57,320 nt of DNA from an uncultured Bacilli bacterium (GCA_944359885.1 CALVTC010000001.1:1-57320), one strand, 5' to 3'. Counted from the first letter of the stretch, positions 15,256-24,642 are shown. Numbers and translations are program-made. Notes: generated by a model from the sequence alone, not told the origin.

Positions 15256-17949
15256 ATGAAATATATGAGTCATGATGATATTAGAAATACATGGTTTCGT
15301 TTTTTTGAAAGTCACGGGCATAAGAGAATGGAGAGTGCATCTTTAATTCCTGTAGATGATGATAGCTTGTTATGGATTAATGCTGGTGTTACACCACTTA
15401 AAAAATATTTTGATGGAAGAGAAGTACCGGAGTGTAGAAGAATTGTAAATATTCAAAAATGCATTCGTACTAACGATATTGAAAATGTGGGACTTACAAA
15501 GCGTCATCAAACGTTTTTTGAAATGATGGGAAATTTTTCAATCGGGGATTATTTTAAAGAAGAAGCAATTGAATTTGCTTATCATTTGTTAACTGATGAA
15601 GAATGGTTCGGAATTCCTAAAGATTTGCTTTATGTAACTGTATATCCAGAAGATCATGAAGCTTATCAAAAATGGGTTGAAGTTGGCCTTGCTGAAAATC
15701 ATATTATTCCTTTAGAAGAAAACTTTTGGGAAATTGGTGAAGGACCATGTGGCCCTGATTCTGAAATTTTCTTTGATCGTGGAGAAAAGTATGATCCTAA
15801 TCATGATGCCTTCTTGAAATTTCAAAAAGATGAAGAACAAGAAAGATATGTAGAAATTTGGAATAATGTATTTAGTCAATTTAATTCTAAAGCAGGTATC
15901 CCAAGAGAAGAGTATAAAGAACTTCCTAGTAAAAATATTGATACAGGTGCTGGACTAGAGAGATGGTGCTGTATTTTTCAAGGTGTTGATAGTAATTTTG
16001 AGACGGATTTATTCCAACCTATTATTAAACATATTGAACAGTTAGTAGGATTTAGTTATAATGGACAAAAAGAATTTAAGATTATTGCTGATCATATTAG
16101 AGCAATTACTTTTGCTTTGGCAGATGGGGCATTTTTTGATAATAATGGACGTGGTTATGTTTTAAGACGTTTGCTTCGTAGAGGTGTTCGTGTTGGTAAG
16201 AATTTAGGATTAGATGAACCTTTCCTTTATAAATTGGTTTCTGATGTTGTAGATATTATGAAAGATGCTTATCCTTATTTAACAGAAAAATGGGTTGTTG
16301 TAGAGACTTTAGTATTAGAAGAAGAAAAATTGTTTTTAAAAACTTTGGAAGCAGGGGAGAGAAGACTAAAGGAATTAGTAAGTGAATCTTTAGATGGTAC
16401 TATTAGTGGAGAAGATGCTTTTAAGTTATATGATACTTATGGTTTTCCTTTCGAACTTACAGAAGAATATTTGGCAGAATTAGGATATAAAGTTGATAAA
16501 AGTGAATTTGATAAATATATGCAAATGCAAAGAGAACTTGCAAAGAAGAATGCTAAAAACAAATCTGCTATGGCAAGTCAGAAAAAAGTATTGTTAGACT
16601 TTAAAGAGAAAAGTCAATTTGTCTATGGGATTTATCGTTTAAAAACCAATGTTTTAGCTATTTTTTCTAAAGATACGATAGTTGATTCTATTAATCATGA
16701 TTGTTATATTGCTTTAAAGAGGACTTGTTGTTATGCAGAATCTGGTGGACAAGTTAGTGATACTGGTATGATTATTGGTAAAAATTTTAAAGCTCGTTTA
16801 CTTGATGTGTTTAAGGGTCCAAATGGTCAACATATTCATAAAGTAAAACTTTTAGACGGGGTTATTTCTGCAGGTGATGAATGTGAGATTATCTTAGATA
16901 AAGATCACCGTAAAAGAACAGAATGTAATCATTCTAGTGTTCATATGTTACAATATGCTTTACAACAGTGCGTTTCAAGTCAAATAAGACAAGCAGGAAG
17001 TTATGTTGACAGTGAAAAACTTCGTTTTGACTTTACTTATGCTGGTAAACTTACAGATGATAAAATAATTGAAGTAGAAAATTTTGTTAATGATATGATT
17101 AATAAACACATTATTATTTCTACTGAAGTTATGCCAATTGATAAAGCTAAACAAATTGGTGCTATGGCTTTGTTTAGTGAAAAATATGGAGACATTGTTA
17201 GAGTTGTTAAGATAGGAAAATCAATTGAACTTTGTGGTGGAACTCATGCAACTAATACTAGAGATATTTTAAAGTTTGCTATTTACTCTTATGAGTCTAA
17301 AGGAAGTAATTTATATCGTATTGAAGCCGCAACTGGTCCTAAAATTGAAAATACTTTATTTAATATTATTAAGCCTTATAATGATGAGATGATTAAGTTA
17401 TTGATGAAGGCCAAAGAAATTATGGATGAAGCAAAAGAAGTTGGTATTCAATTGGATTTTGATGTTGAAATTGATCATAGTAAGCCACAGTCTTACAAAG
17501 ATATTATTTTTAATCGTAATGAATTACAATATATTCAACAAGAAGTTAGAGATTTAGAGAAAAAATATCAATCTTTGCGCGAAAAACAAGCTCTTTCTAA
17601 TTTGGATATATATAGAGAACATATTAAAGATTATAGCGGCACATTTGGTTTATTAATGACAGTTGAAAATAAAGATGTTAATTTATTGAAAGCAATTGCT
17701 GATGCTATGATTGAAGAGATGGGTACTGGTTTTGTATTTTTTGCTAATATCAAAGAAGATGGAAGTATTAATTTCTTATCTCGTAGTAGCTGTCATGTTA
17801 ATAGTGGACTTGTTGTAAAAGATGCTGCTGTTTCGTCTTTGGGAAATGGTGGTGGAAGTCCTACTTTTGCTCAAGGTGGAGGTAAGACAAAAGATGCTCT
17901 TCCTAAAATTTATTCTCATATAGAGAAAGTGCTAAAAAATGAAGAATAA
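15256..17949 (+). CDS. alaS: alanine--tRNA ligase
   Basis: IRNTWFRFFESHGH, FTNAG-equivalent WINAGV, KCIRTNDIENVG, HHTFFEMMGNFS-like HQTFFEMMGNFSIGDYFK, editing-domain HSSVHML...CGGTH, and a C-terminal DHHA1 GGGSPTFAQGGG. Start chosen after RBS aaggagag. Confidence 0.95.
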   Translation: MKYMSHDDIRNTWFRFFESHGHKRMESASLIPVDDDSLLWINAGVTPLKKYFDGREVPECRRIVNIQKCIRTNDIENVGLTKRHQTFFEMMGNFSIGDYFKEEAIEFAYHLLTDEEWFGIPKDLLYVTVYPEDHEAYQKWVEVGLAENHIIPLEENFWEIGEGPCGPDSEIFFDRGEKYDPNHDAFLKFQKDEEQERYVEIWNNVFSQFNSKAGIPREEYKELPSKNIDTGAGLERWCCIFQGVDSNFETDLFQPIIKHIEQLVGFSYNGQKEFKIIADHIRAITFALADGAFFDNNGRGYVLRRLLRRGVRVGKNLGLDEPFLYKLVSDVVDIMKDAYPYLTEKWVVVETLVLEEEKLFLKTLEAGERRLKELVSESLDGTISGEDAFKLYDTYGFPFELTEEYLAELGYKVDKSEFDKYMQMQRELAKKNAKNKSAMASQKKVLLDFKEKSQFVYGIYRLKTNVLAIFSKDTIVDSINHDCYIALKRTCCYAESGGQVSDTGMIIGKNFKARLLDVFKGPNGQHIHKVKLLDGVISAGDECEIILDKDHRKRTECNHSSVHMLQYALQQCVSSQIRQAGSYVDSEKLRFDFTYAGKLTDDKIIEVENFVNDMINKHIIISTEVMPIDKAKQIGAMALFSEKYGDIVRVVKIGKSIELCGGTHATNTRDILKFAIYSYESKGSNLYRIEAATGPKIENTLFNIIKPYNDEMIKLLMKAKEIMDEAKEVGIQLDFDVEIDHSKPQSYKDIIFNRNELQYIQQEVRDLEKKYQSLREKQALSNLDIYREHIKDYSGTFGLLMTVENKDVNLLKAIADAMIEEMGTGFVFFANIKEDGSINFLSRSSCHVNSGLVVKDAAVSSLGNGGGSPTFAQGGGKTKDALPKIYSHIEKVLKNEE

Positions 17950-18883
17950 TTATTTATTAGAAAGCGAAGATGAATATTTAGTTCGTTCTAGAATAGAAAA
18001 AATTATTTTAGATAAGGGATTTTCTATGGATATGATTCACTCTTATGATATGGAAGAAGTCCCTTTATCTTCTGCGTTGGAAGATTTGGATACATATGGT
18101 TTATTTTCTTCTAAGAAGGTGATTATTATTTCTCATATTGAATCTCTTACTAGTGAAGGAAATGAAAAGGATATTGAACACTTTTTCAAATATTTAAAAA
18201 ATCCAATGGATAGTATTTTGGTTTTTGTTACTGCTAGAAAGTTAAATAATACGAAAAAAATAACGAAACAATTAAAGAAAGAATTAGAATATGTTACTCT
18301 TAATATAGATGCTAGTAGTTTTGTGAGAGAAGAGTTTGCAAAAGATGGGTATCAACTAGAAAATGGTGTAGTATCTAGTTTAGTTAGTGCTTGTTTGGAA
18401 GATATTGGTAGACTTTATCAAGAATGCTGTAAATTAAAACTGTATCGGGCGGATACTAAGAAGATTTCTGTTGATGATGTTTCTTTACTTGTTATTAGGA
18501 AATTAGGTGATTCAAAAGATTTAACATTTGAATTTGTGCGTGTTTTAGCATCTAAAAATAAAAAGAAAGCTTTAGAGAAATATCATGAATTACAAGATTA
18601 TTCTATAGAAGCAATTCCTTTAATTGGATTACTTGCTAGTCAGTTTTTAATTATGTATCAAGTGAAGATTCTTTCTAAAAAAGTGAAATTAAATCAGGAG
18701 ATTGCAGATATTTTAGGTGAAAAACCTTATCGTATTCAAAAAACAAAAGAACTTATTAGATATTATAGTGAACAGGAGTTACGTGATATCTTAAGAATGC
18801 TTGCTGATATGGATTTAAAAATAAAATCCTCAGATGTAGATGGTAACTTTTTAGTAGAATTATTTATTTTAAAGTATACTTAA
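17939..18883 (+). CDS. holA: DNA polymerase III delta subunit-like protein
   Basis: 314 aa with HolA-like N-terminal pattern (…LDTYGLFSSKKVIIISHIESL…) and helical C-terminal domains. Overlaps the alaS end by 11 nt. Confidence 0.55.
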   Translation: MKNNYLLESEDEYLVRSRIEKIILDKGFSMDMIHSYDMEEVPLSSALEDLDTYGLFSSKKVIIISHIESLTSEGNEKDIEHFFKYLKNPMDSILVFVTARKLNNTKKITKQLKKELEYVTLNIDASSFVREEFAKDGYQLENGVVSSLVSACLEDIGRLYQECCKLKLYRADTKKISVDDVSLLVIRKLGDSKDLTFEFVRVLASKNKKKALEKYHELQDYSIEAIPLIGLLASQFLIMYQVKILSKKVKLNQEIADILGEKPYRIQKTKELIRYYSEQELRDILRMLADMDLKIKSSDVDGNFLVELFILKYT

Positions 18884-18893
18884 AAGCCAAGGA

Positions 18894-20114
18894 TTAGTTT
18901 CCTTGACTTTTTATTTTTTCTAGACGTTCATAGATTTCTTTTAGGTTTTTTTCATATCCAATATCTTTTGGGTGGTAATATTTTTTGTTTTTTAATTTAT
19001 TTGGTAAGTATTGTTGGACTACAAATGCACCTTTGTAGTCATGAGGATATTTATAGTCTTTGGCGTTTGTTTTAATATGGGGTGGTATTGTTCCTACATT
19101 TCCTTTTTCTATGTCTGATATTGCTTCATCAAAGGCAATATGTGCTGTGTTACTTTTAGGGGAAAGGGCCATTTCTACTACGATTGTTCCTAGAGGAATT
19201 CTTGCTTCGGGAAGTCCTATTCTTTCTGCTGCATTGATTGCGGCATCTAATCTTGGACCTATAGCAGGGTTTGCTAGAGCGATATCTTCATAGGCAATTA
19301 CTGATAATCTTCTATAGATGGAGTCTAGGTCTCCTTCTACGACTAATCTTGCGAGATAGTGAAGTGCTGCATCAGGATCACTTCCTCTAATTGATTTTTG
19401 TAATCCACTTAAAACGTCATAATGTCCTTCTCCATTTTTATCAGAAAAGAAAACTGGTTTATTATTGATAGATTTTATTTTTTCTTCTGTTATTTTTTTA
19501 TTATCTGTTGAATAAAATGCTACTTCAAGTAGATTGTAAGCGTATCTTAAGTCATTTCCTGAAAGTTTTGCAATTAGTTCGATACTTTTATCATCAATTT
19601 CAATTCCTTCTAAATCTGGGTGCTTTATAGCTTTTTTTAAGCCTTCTATAATATCTTCTGTATCCAGTTCTTTTAGTTCAAATAATTGACAACGGCTTCT
19701 TATAGCAGGATTAATTGCATGATAGGGATTTGATGTTGTCATACCAATTAAAGTAATTAGACCACTTTCTAGTTGTGGCAATAATATATCTTGTTTATCT
19801 TTATTTAGACGATGAATTTCATCCATGATTAAAATTATACCATCATACATTTTTGCTTCTTCAATTACAATGTCTAGGTCTTTTTTAGTATTTATTGTTG
19901 CATTTAAAAAACGGTATCTTAAGTTAAGATCTTTTACTAAAGCATTGGCAATTGATGTTTTACCAATACCTGGTTTTCCGTATAAAATCATAGAAAAAAG
20001 GCGTTTGTTTTTTACTAGATTTGTTAAAATTTTTCCTTCTCCAATTAAATGTTTTTGCCCAATTACTTCAGAAAGAGTAGTAGGAGCTAGTTTTAATGCT
20101 AAAGGTTTATTCAT
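18894..20114 (-). CDS. RarA/MgsA-like AAA+ ATPase (shorter, 406-aa paralogue)
   Basis: LAPTTLSEVIGQKHLIG, Walker A GKPGIGKTS, Walker B ILIMDEIHRLNK, SRCQLFELK, DVLSGLQKSIRGSDPDAALHYLARL. Confidence 0.8.
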   Translation of the reverse strand: MNKPLALKLAPTTLSEVIGQKHLIGEGKILTNLVKNKRLFSMILYGKPGIGKTSIANALVKDLNLRYRFLNATINTKKDLDIVIEEAKMYDGIILIMDEIHRLNKDKQDILLPQLESGLITLIGMTTSNPYHAINPAIRSRCQLFELKELDTEDIIEGLKKAIKHPDLEGIEIDDKSIELIAKLSGNDLRYAYNLLEVAFYSTDNKKITEEKIKSINNKPVFFSDKNGEGHYDVLSGLQKSIRGSDPDAALHYLARLVVEGDLDSIYRRLSVIAYEDIALANPAIGPRLDAAINAAERIGLPEARIPLGTIVVEMALSPKSNTAHIAFDEAISDIEKGNVGTIPPHIKTNAKDYKYPHDYKGAFVVQQYLPNKLKNKKYYHPKDIGYEKNLKEIYERLEKIKSQGN

Positions 20115-20238
20115 AATATCACCATTTATATTTTATCAAATTATTGTTCGATTTTAAATATTTATTTTTATTTTGTAGTCTATTTCTTGTTTTTGCTTGG
20201 TTGTCTTTTTTTGTTATTTATTCTATACTTATTATTAG

Positions 20239-21147
20239 GTGAAGTATATGAAAATAGAGGATGCTATTGTTGATTTTATTCAGTATTGTCTTTTTGAAAA
20301 GGGACTTACGGATCAGAGTGTTAAATCTTATCAAAATGATCTTGGTGTTTATTTTGATTTTTTGCAGAGTAAAGATGTTGTTTTTGTAAAAGATATTAAT
20401 AGTGATCATATTAAGGAGTTTTTGAAGTGGCGAGGAGAAGAAGAGAGTAGTAGTACAGTTGCTCATAATTTAACAGTGATTAAGAATTTTCATAAATATT
20501 TAATTAAGGAGAATATTGTGAAAGATGATGCTTCTTTATTTATTTCAAGACCAAAGTTACAAAAGAAGTTACCGAGATCTCTTAGTGTAGAAGAAGTGGA
20601 TTTACTTCTTGATATTCCTCTTGTTACAGCATTTGACTATCGTAATAAGGCTATGTTAGAATTAATGTATGGTGCAGGACTTAGAGTGAGTGAATTAGTT
20701 AGTCTTACGATGGGGCAAGTTGATTTAGAGAATGGTTTGATTCGTATCATGGGAAAAGGTAGAAAAGAAAGAGAGATTCCTATTGGTGAGTATGGAATTT
20801 ATTATTTAAAGGAGTATTTGGAACATCGTGGAGCACTTTTAAAATATAATATGTATGTGGATGCTTTGTTTTTAAATAATCATGGTAAACAGATAACTAG
20901 ACAAGGCTTTTTTAAGATTTTAAAGGAGTTGCTTCGAGAAAAGGGTTTAAATCCTGATGTTTCTCCTCATACTTTGCGACATAGCTTTGCTACTCATTTG
21001 TTAAGTCATGGTGCTGATCTTAGAAGTATTCAGGAGATGCTAGGACATTCTGATATTTCTACTACAAAAATTTATACTCATGTTAGTGATGAGAAAGTTA
21101 GAAATGATTATAAAATGTATCATCCAAGGGAACATAAAGGAGAATAG
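20239..21147 (+). CDS. xerD: site-specific tyrosine recombinase XerD
   Basis: N-terminal SAM-like FIQYCLFEKGLTDQSVKSYQNDL. Catalytic ...GLRVSEL..., HTLRHSFATHLL, LGHSDISTTKIYTH. The start may be ATG 20248. Confidence 0.85.
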   Translation: MKYMKIEDAIVDFIQYCLFEKGLTDQSVKSYQNDLGVYFDFLQSKDVVFVKDINSDHIKEFLKWRGEEESSSTVAHNLTVIKNFHKYLIKENIVKDDASLFISRPKLQKKLPRSLSVEEVDLLLDIPLVTAFDYRNKAMLELMYGAGLRVSELVSLTMGQVDLENGLIRIMGKGRKEREIPIGEYGIYYLKEYLEHRGALLKYNMYVDALFLNNHGKQITRQGFFKILKELLREKGLNPDVSPHTLRHSFATHLLSHGADLRSIQEMLGHSDISTTKIYTHVSDEKVRNDYKMYHPREHKGE

Positions 21148-21151
21148 AAAA

Positions 21152-22318
21152 ATGAGATTTAAAAGAGTATTTTTAATGGTATTAGATTCTTTAGGTGTTG
21201 GAGAGGCACAAGATGCAGTTAATTATGGTGATAGTGGTGCTAATACATTGGGACATATTAAGGATAATTATGATTTGTTTATTCCTAATTTGAAAAAAAT
21301 TGGTTTTTTAGACACTTTAAATATGAATGATAATCCTAATGTTGATGCATATTATACGATTGCTAGACCTAAAAATGCTGGTAAAGATAGTTTGAATGGT
21401 CATTATGAGATGATGGGAATTTTAAATCATATACCTTTTAAGACATTTAATCAAGGGTTTACTTTTGATATTTTAAATGGGATAGAACAAGTTACTGGGC
21501 GTAGAGTGATTGGTAATAAATGTTGTCAGGATGCATCTATTATTCAGGAGCTTGGTGAGAGGCAACAAAATTATGGTGCTTTAATTATTTATACTTCTGC
21601 TGATTCTGATTTGCAGGTTGCAGCTCATGAGGATTGCATTCCTATTTCTACTTTGTATGAATATTGCGAGAGAATTCGTGCTCTTACTTTACGTGATGAA
21701 TGGAGAGTTGGGCGAGTAATTGCTAGACCATTTACTGGTACTCCTGGACATTATCGTTTTATACATAGTGCTAGAAAGGATTATTCTGTTAAACCGCCTG
21801 AAAAAAGTGTTTTAGATAGTTTAGTTGAACATAAGTATAATGTCATTGGTATTGGTAAGGTTAATGATATTTTCGATGGTCAAGGTATTAATAAACAGAT
21901 GAAAGCTAATAATAATATGGAAGCAATTAATAAATTTACAGATATTATTGATAAAAACTTTACAGGTCTTTGTATGGTAAATTTATCTGATTTTGACAGT
22001 ATGTATGGTCATACAAGGGATGTTGAAGGTTATGGTAAGGCAATAGAGGAGTTAGATGTTGAAATACCTATTATTTTAAATAAGTTAGATACTGGAGATT
22101 TATTAATTATTACAGCAGATCATGGAAATGATCCTACTTTTGCTGGAAATGATCATACTAGAGAAAATGTTCCAGTTATCCTTTATAGTAGAGATTTTTT
22201 AGCGCCAAAGAGATTAGAAGCATTTGATACACTTGCTAATATCGGTGCAACAATTGCTGATAATTTTGAAGTGGAAATGCCTCCAATTGGAGAAAGTATT
22301 TTAGATGAATTAGAGTAG
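21152..22318 (+). CDS. deoB: phosphopentomutase
   Basis: RVFLMVLDSLGVGEA, ...GHYEMMG..., NLSDFDSMYGHTRD, ITADHGNDPT. Start chosen at the internal ATG of the 21080 ORF. Confidence 0.9.
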   Translation: MRFKRVFLMVLDSLGVGEAQDAVNYGDSGANTLGHIKDNYDLFIPNLKKIGFLDTLNMNDNPNVDAYYTIARPKNAGKDSLNGHYEMMGILNHIPFKTFNQGFTFDILNGIEQVTGRRVIGNKCCQDASIIQELGERQQNYGALIIYTSADSDLQVAAHEDCIPISTLYEYCERIRALTLRDEWRVGRVIARPFTGTPGHYRFIHSARKDYSVKPPEKSVLDSLVEHKYNVIGIGKVNDIFDGQGINKQMKANNNMEAINKFTDIIDKNFTGLCMVNLSDFDSMYGHTRDVEGYGKAIEELDVEIPIILNKLDTGDLLIITADHGNDPTFAGNDHTRENVPVILYSRDFLAPKRLEAFDTLANIGATIADNFEVEMPPIGESILDELE

Positions 22319-22362
22319 GGAATGAGACTAACTTATTAGTAAGGTTTAATTAATAGAAAGAA

Positions 22363-22434
22363 AAGTAGGGGAATAAAAAAGTACCTATAATAATAGATAC
22401 TTTTATAATGATTCTTCCCCTACTTTGTTTTTTT
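22363..22434 (+). terminator. long hairpin terminator after deoB, overlapping the 3' end of the convergent gene
   Basis: Outer stem AAGTAGGGGAA (22363-22373) / TTCCCCTACTT (22415-22425) with an inner imperfect stem, followed by TGTTTTTTTT. Confidence 0.7.
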
Positions 22435-22584
22435 AAAACTTTGGCAGATGGTTTCTTCTGTTTTTTTACAACAATTATTATTGCATGTACAACTTATTTT
22501 TACTTCATCTAGTTCACAACATCCTTTTTCACAATTGTTGTATTTACATGTCTCTACATCACATTTAATTATTCCTTTATTCAT
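22420..22584 (-). CDS. DUF1540-type Cys-rich small protein (family common in spore formers)
   Basis: IKCDVETCKYNNCEKGCCELDEVKISC pattern. Start set at the ATG preceded by GGAGG with 9-nt spacing. The six-frame ORF extends to 22617. Confidence 0.6.
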   Translation of the reverse strand: MNKGIIKCDVETCKYNNCEKGCCELDEVKISCTCNNNCCKKTEETICQSFKKTK

Positions 22585-23025
22585 ATTTTTTATCCTCCTA
22601 ATTATTAGTCTTTCCATCTGACATAATTTTATGTATATAAAATGTGTTCTAAAATGAATCGAGATGGATAATTGGTCATCTTTTTATATTTCGATTGATT
22701 TTAGAGCACTCTATTTATATGTACTAAAAATAGGGGAATGGTTATTTTATATTATGAGATGGTAATTGATGAGATTATTTTATTCTGTTTTTATAGCAAT
22801 ATGAATATTTCATTTAAAGATAGATTTTAATTAATTTTTCATTAATTGTAAATTAGTTATTATAATTTTGTTGTAATTAAAATAATTATTTTGGTATTTT
22901 TAAGTTATATAACAAATATAAGCTAGTATATATATTAATATATTAAATTAAATTAAATTAATCATTTTAAAAACATGGTTTGGTATTATACGATATGATT
23001 TAAACTTATTTTTTAAATATATGTA

Positions 23026-23053
23026 GCTTCCTATAATTGATATTATGTTAACT
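23026..23053 (+). other. candidate chromosome dimer resolution site dif (XerCD)
   Basis: GCTTCCTATAA-TTGATA-TTATGTTAACT. It matches 23/28 of the B. subtilis dif as I recall it (ACTTCCTAGAATATATATTATGTAAACT). The XerD arm is 10/11 to both the B. subtilis and E. coli arms. It lies at the point where gene orientation converges, 2 kb from xerD. Confidence 0.6.
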
Positions 23054-23735
23054 TCTTTTTCTTTTCTAATTTTTCGTCTTCTATCTTTACTTTCTCTAGC
23101 ATTATATTCCCTTCGTTATTTACTTTATATGATATATTAATTTGTTGATTATATGTATTGCATAATAGATCTTGATATTCTATATTTATATTTAATTTTT
23201 CTTCGTTTATAGGTAGTTTATATGATATTTTTGTTTCTTCATTTACTGCAAGAGAATTTTGATAATTATTAGATAATATATTTTCGTTTTTAATTTTGAT
23301 ATTATATTTTTTTATTGTATTATTTCCTATGTTTTTAAACTTTAAGTTTAATGTATTATTTACTACATTTATTTTATATTGTAGAAATGGCATGTTATTT
23401 ATTCTCTTTGTTTCTTTTTCATTATCCTCTGTTCTAGATAATTGTCCTATTGTTGTAATTAGCACAATAAATCCACTAATTAATGTTCCAAATAAAGAAC
23501 TTATACAAGTTGCTATAAAATTAAACCACTCTCTACTATTAGTGCTATCTACCCATTTTAGCTTACTAGGAAGGTTTGTAATGTCAGCAAAATATAGTGT
23601 TATTATTGCGAAGGTTATTATTTCAATAAAAATTAGTAAAGTTTTCCCAATTTCATTTTCTTTTTTATAGAGATAGTGAAAAAACATAAGCCATAATATA
23701 CAAGCTAAGACGAATCCTATAATCTGTGAAATCAT
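23043..23735 (-). CDS. hypothetical membrane protein (3-4 N-terminal TM helices plus Asn/Lys-rich beta-type C-terminal domain)
   Basis: 230-aa ORF with no recognisable family. Its stop codon lies inside the dif-like site. Confidence 0.45.
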   Translation of the reverse strand: MISQIIGFVLACILWLMFFHYLYKKENEIGKTLLIFIEIITFAIITLYFADITNLPSKLKWVDSTNSREWFNFIATCISSLFGTLISGFIVLITTIGQLSRTEDNEKETKRINNMPFLQYKINVVNNTLNLKFKNIGNNTIKKYNIKIKNENILSNNYQNSLAVNEETKISYKLPINEEKLNINIEYQDLLCNTYNQQINISYKVNNEGNIMLEKVKIEDEKLEKKKKLT

Positions 23736-23784
23736 CTATTCCCTCCCCTACATTTTGTTTTATATAAAAAGATTCTTTTGGAAT

Positions 23785-24558
23785 CTATACTTTTCTTGAT
23801 TGGATTTCTGCAATTTTTTCAAATACTTCTTTGGCGTTATCCTCGTTAATTTCTGTATATCCTAGTTCTGCTAATGCTTGAACTTTTGCAGAGTTTAATT
23901 CTTGTGTTCTAGATAGTTTTTCTTCTTTTTTATGTTCGATATCTTGTACGAAACGTTTATGTGTTTCACTAATCTTATTCTTTGATGCCCCACCATTGTT
24001 ATATAATGTCATTGCACTAAACATAATACTTTCAAAAATAAATTGCTTATCACTATTGAAAACAAATTCCATCGGATCTGTAAATCCTAAGGACTTAGAC
24101 ATATATGCTAAAATATATTTTAATTCTTCTGTTGTTTCCATAGATTGTAGGAAATGATATAAATATAAATATGTATTATAAGTGTCTTTGGTTTTATCTG
24201 TTGCAAGTTTTTCCTTTAATAGATTAATAATATCTGATAGTAGTTCTTGTTCTTTTTTATTAAATCCTTTTAAATCAGCAATTACTTCTTTATTAGAGGA
24301 GTCTTTTACACCTTCTTTTAATCTATTTTCTACTTCGATAATATATTCTCCATTTATTTTTAAATTTTTTAATTCTTCAATTTTTTCTATATTTAATAAA
24401 CTTAGTAATTTTGCTGCTTTTTCTTTTGGCCAATCATTTAAGTTTTCGATTGCTAGATAGTTGTATAGCATTTGTCTAGATACTCCTAAATATTTTGCTA
24501 GACGTACTTTGCTAATTCCTAACTCTGTTAATACTACGTTTAATTCCTTCATTTTCAT
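23785..24558 (-). CDS. XRE-family helix-turn-helix protein with a long uncharacterised C-terminal domain
   Basis: N-terminal LTELGISKVRLAKYLGVSRQMLYNYL HTH. RBS aggagggta upstream. The remaining 190 aa are unrecognised. Confidence 0.6.
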   Translation of the reverse strand: MKMKELNVVLTELGISKVRLAKYLGVSRQMLYNYLAIENLNDWPKEKAAKLLSLLNIEKIEELKNLKINGEYIIEVENRLKEGVKDSSNKEVIADLKGFNKKEQELLSDIINLLKEKLATDKTKDTYNTYLYLYHFLQSMETTEELKYILAYMSKSLGFTDPMEFVFNSDKQFIFESIMFSAMTLYNNGGASKNKISETHKRFVQDIEHKKEEKLSRTQELNSAKVQALAELGYTEINEDNAKEVFEKIAEIQSRKV

Positions 24559-24642
24559 TACCCTCCTAATATAATTATAGACATATCAGAAAGAATAATC
24601 AAGTGTAAATTGACACATTTTAAAAATCCTTTTTTGTCCAAT

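Noticed and set aside
22618-22648. A second, weaker dif-like string (ACATAA-ttttat-gtatataaaat) upstream of the DUF1540 gene. It might have delimited a Xer-integrated element together with 23026-23053.
   Set aside because: It matches only about 14/22 arm positions, and it is in inverted rather than direct orientation relative to the strong site.
22941-22960. (ATTAA)x4 microsatellite and the surrounding TA-rich tract, considered as a possible repeat array or CRISPR-like feature.
   Set aside because: It is a short, low-complexity tract with no spacer-repeat organisation. No CRISPR array exists anywhere in the window.
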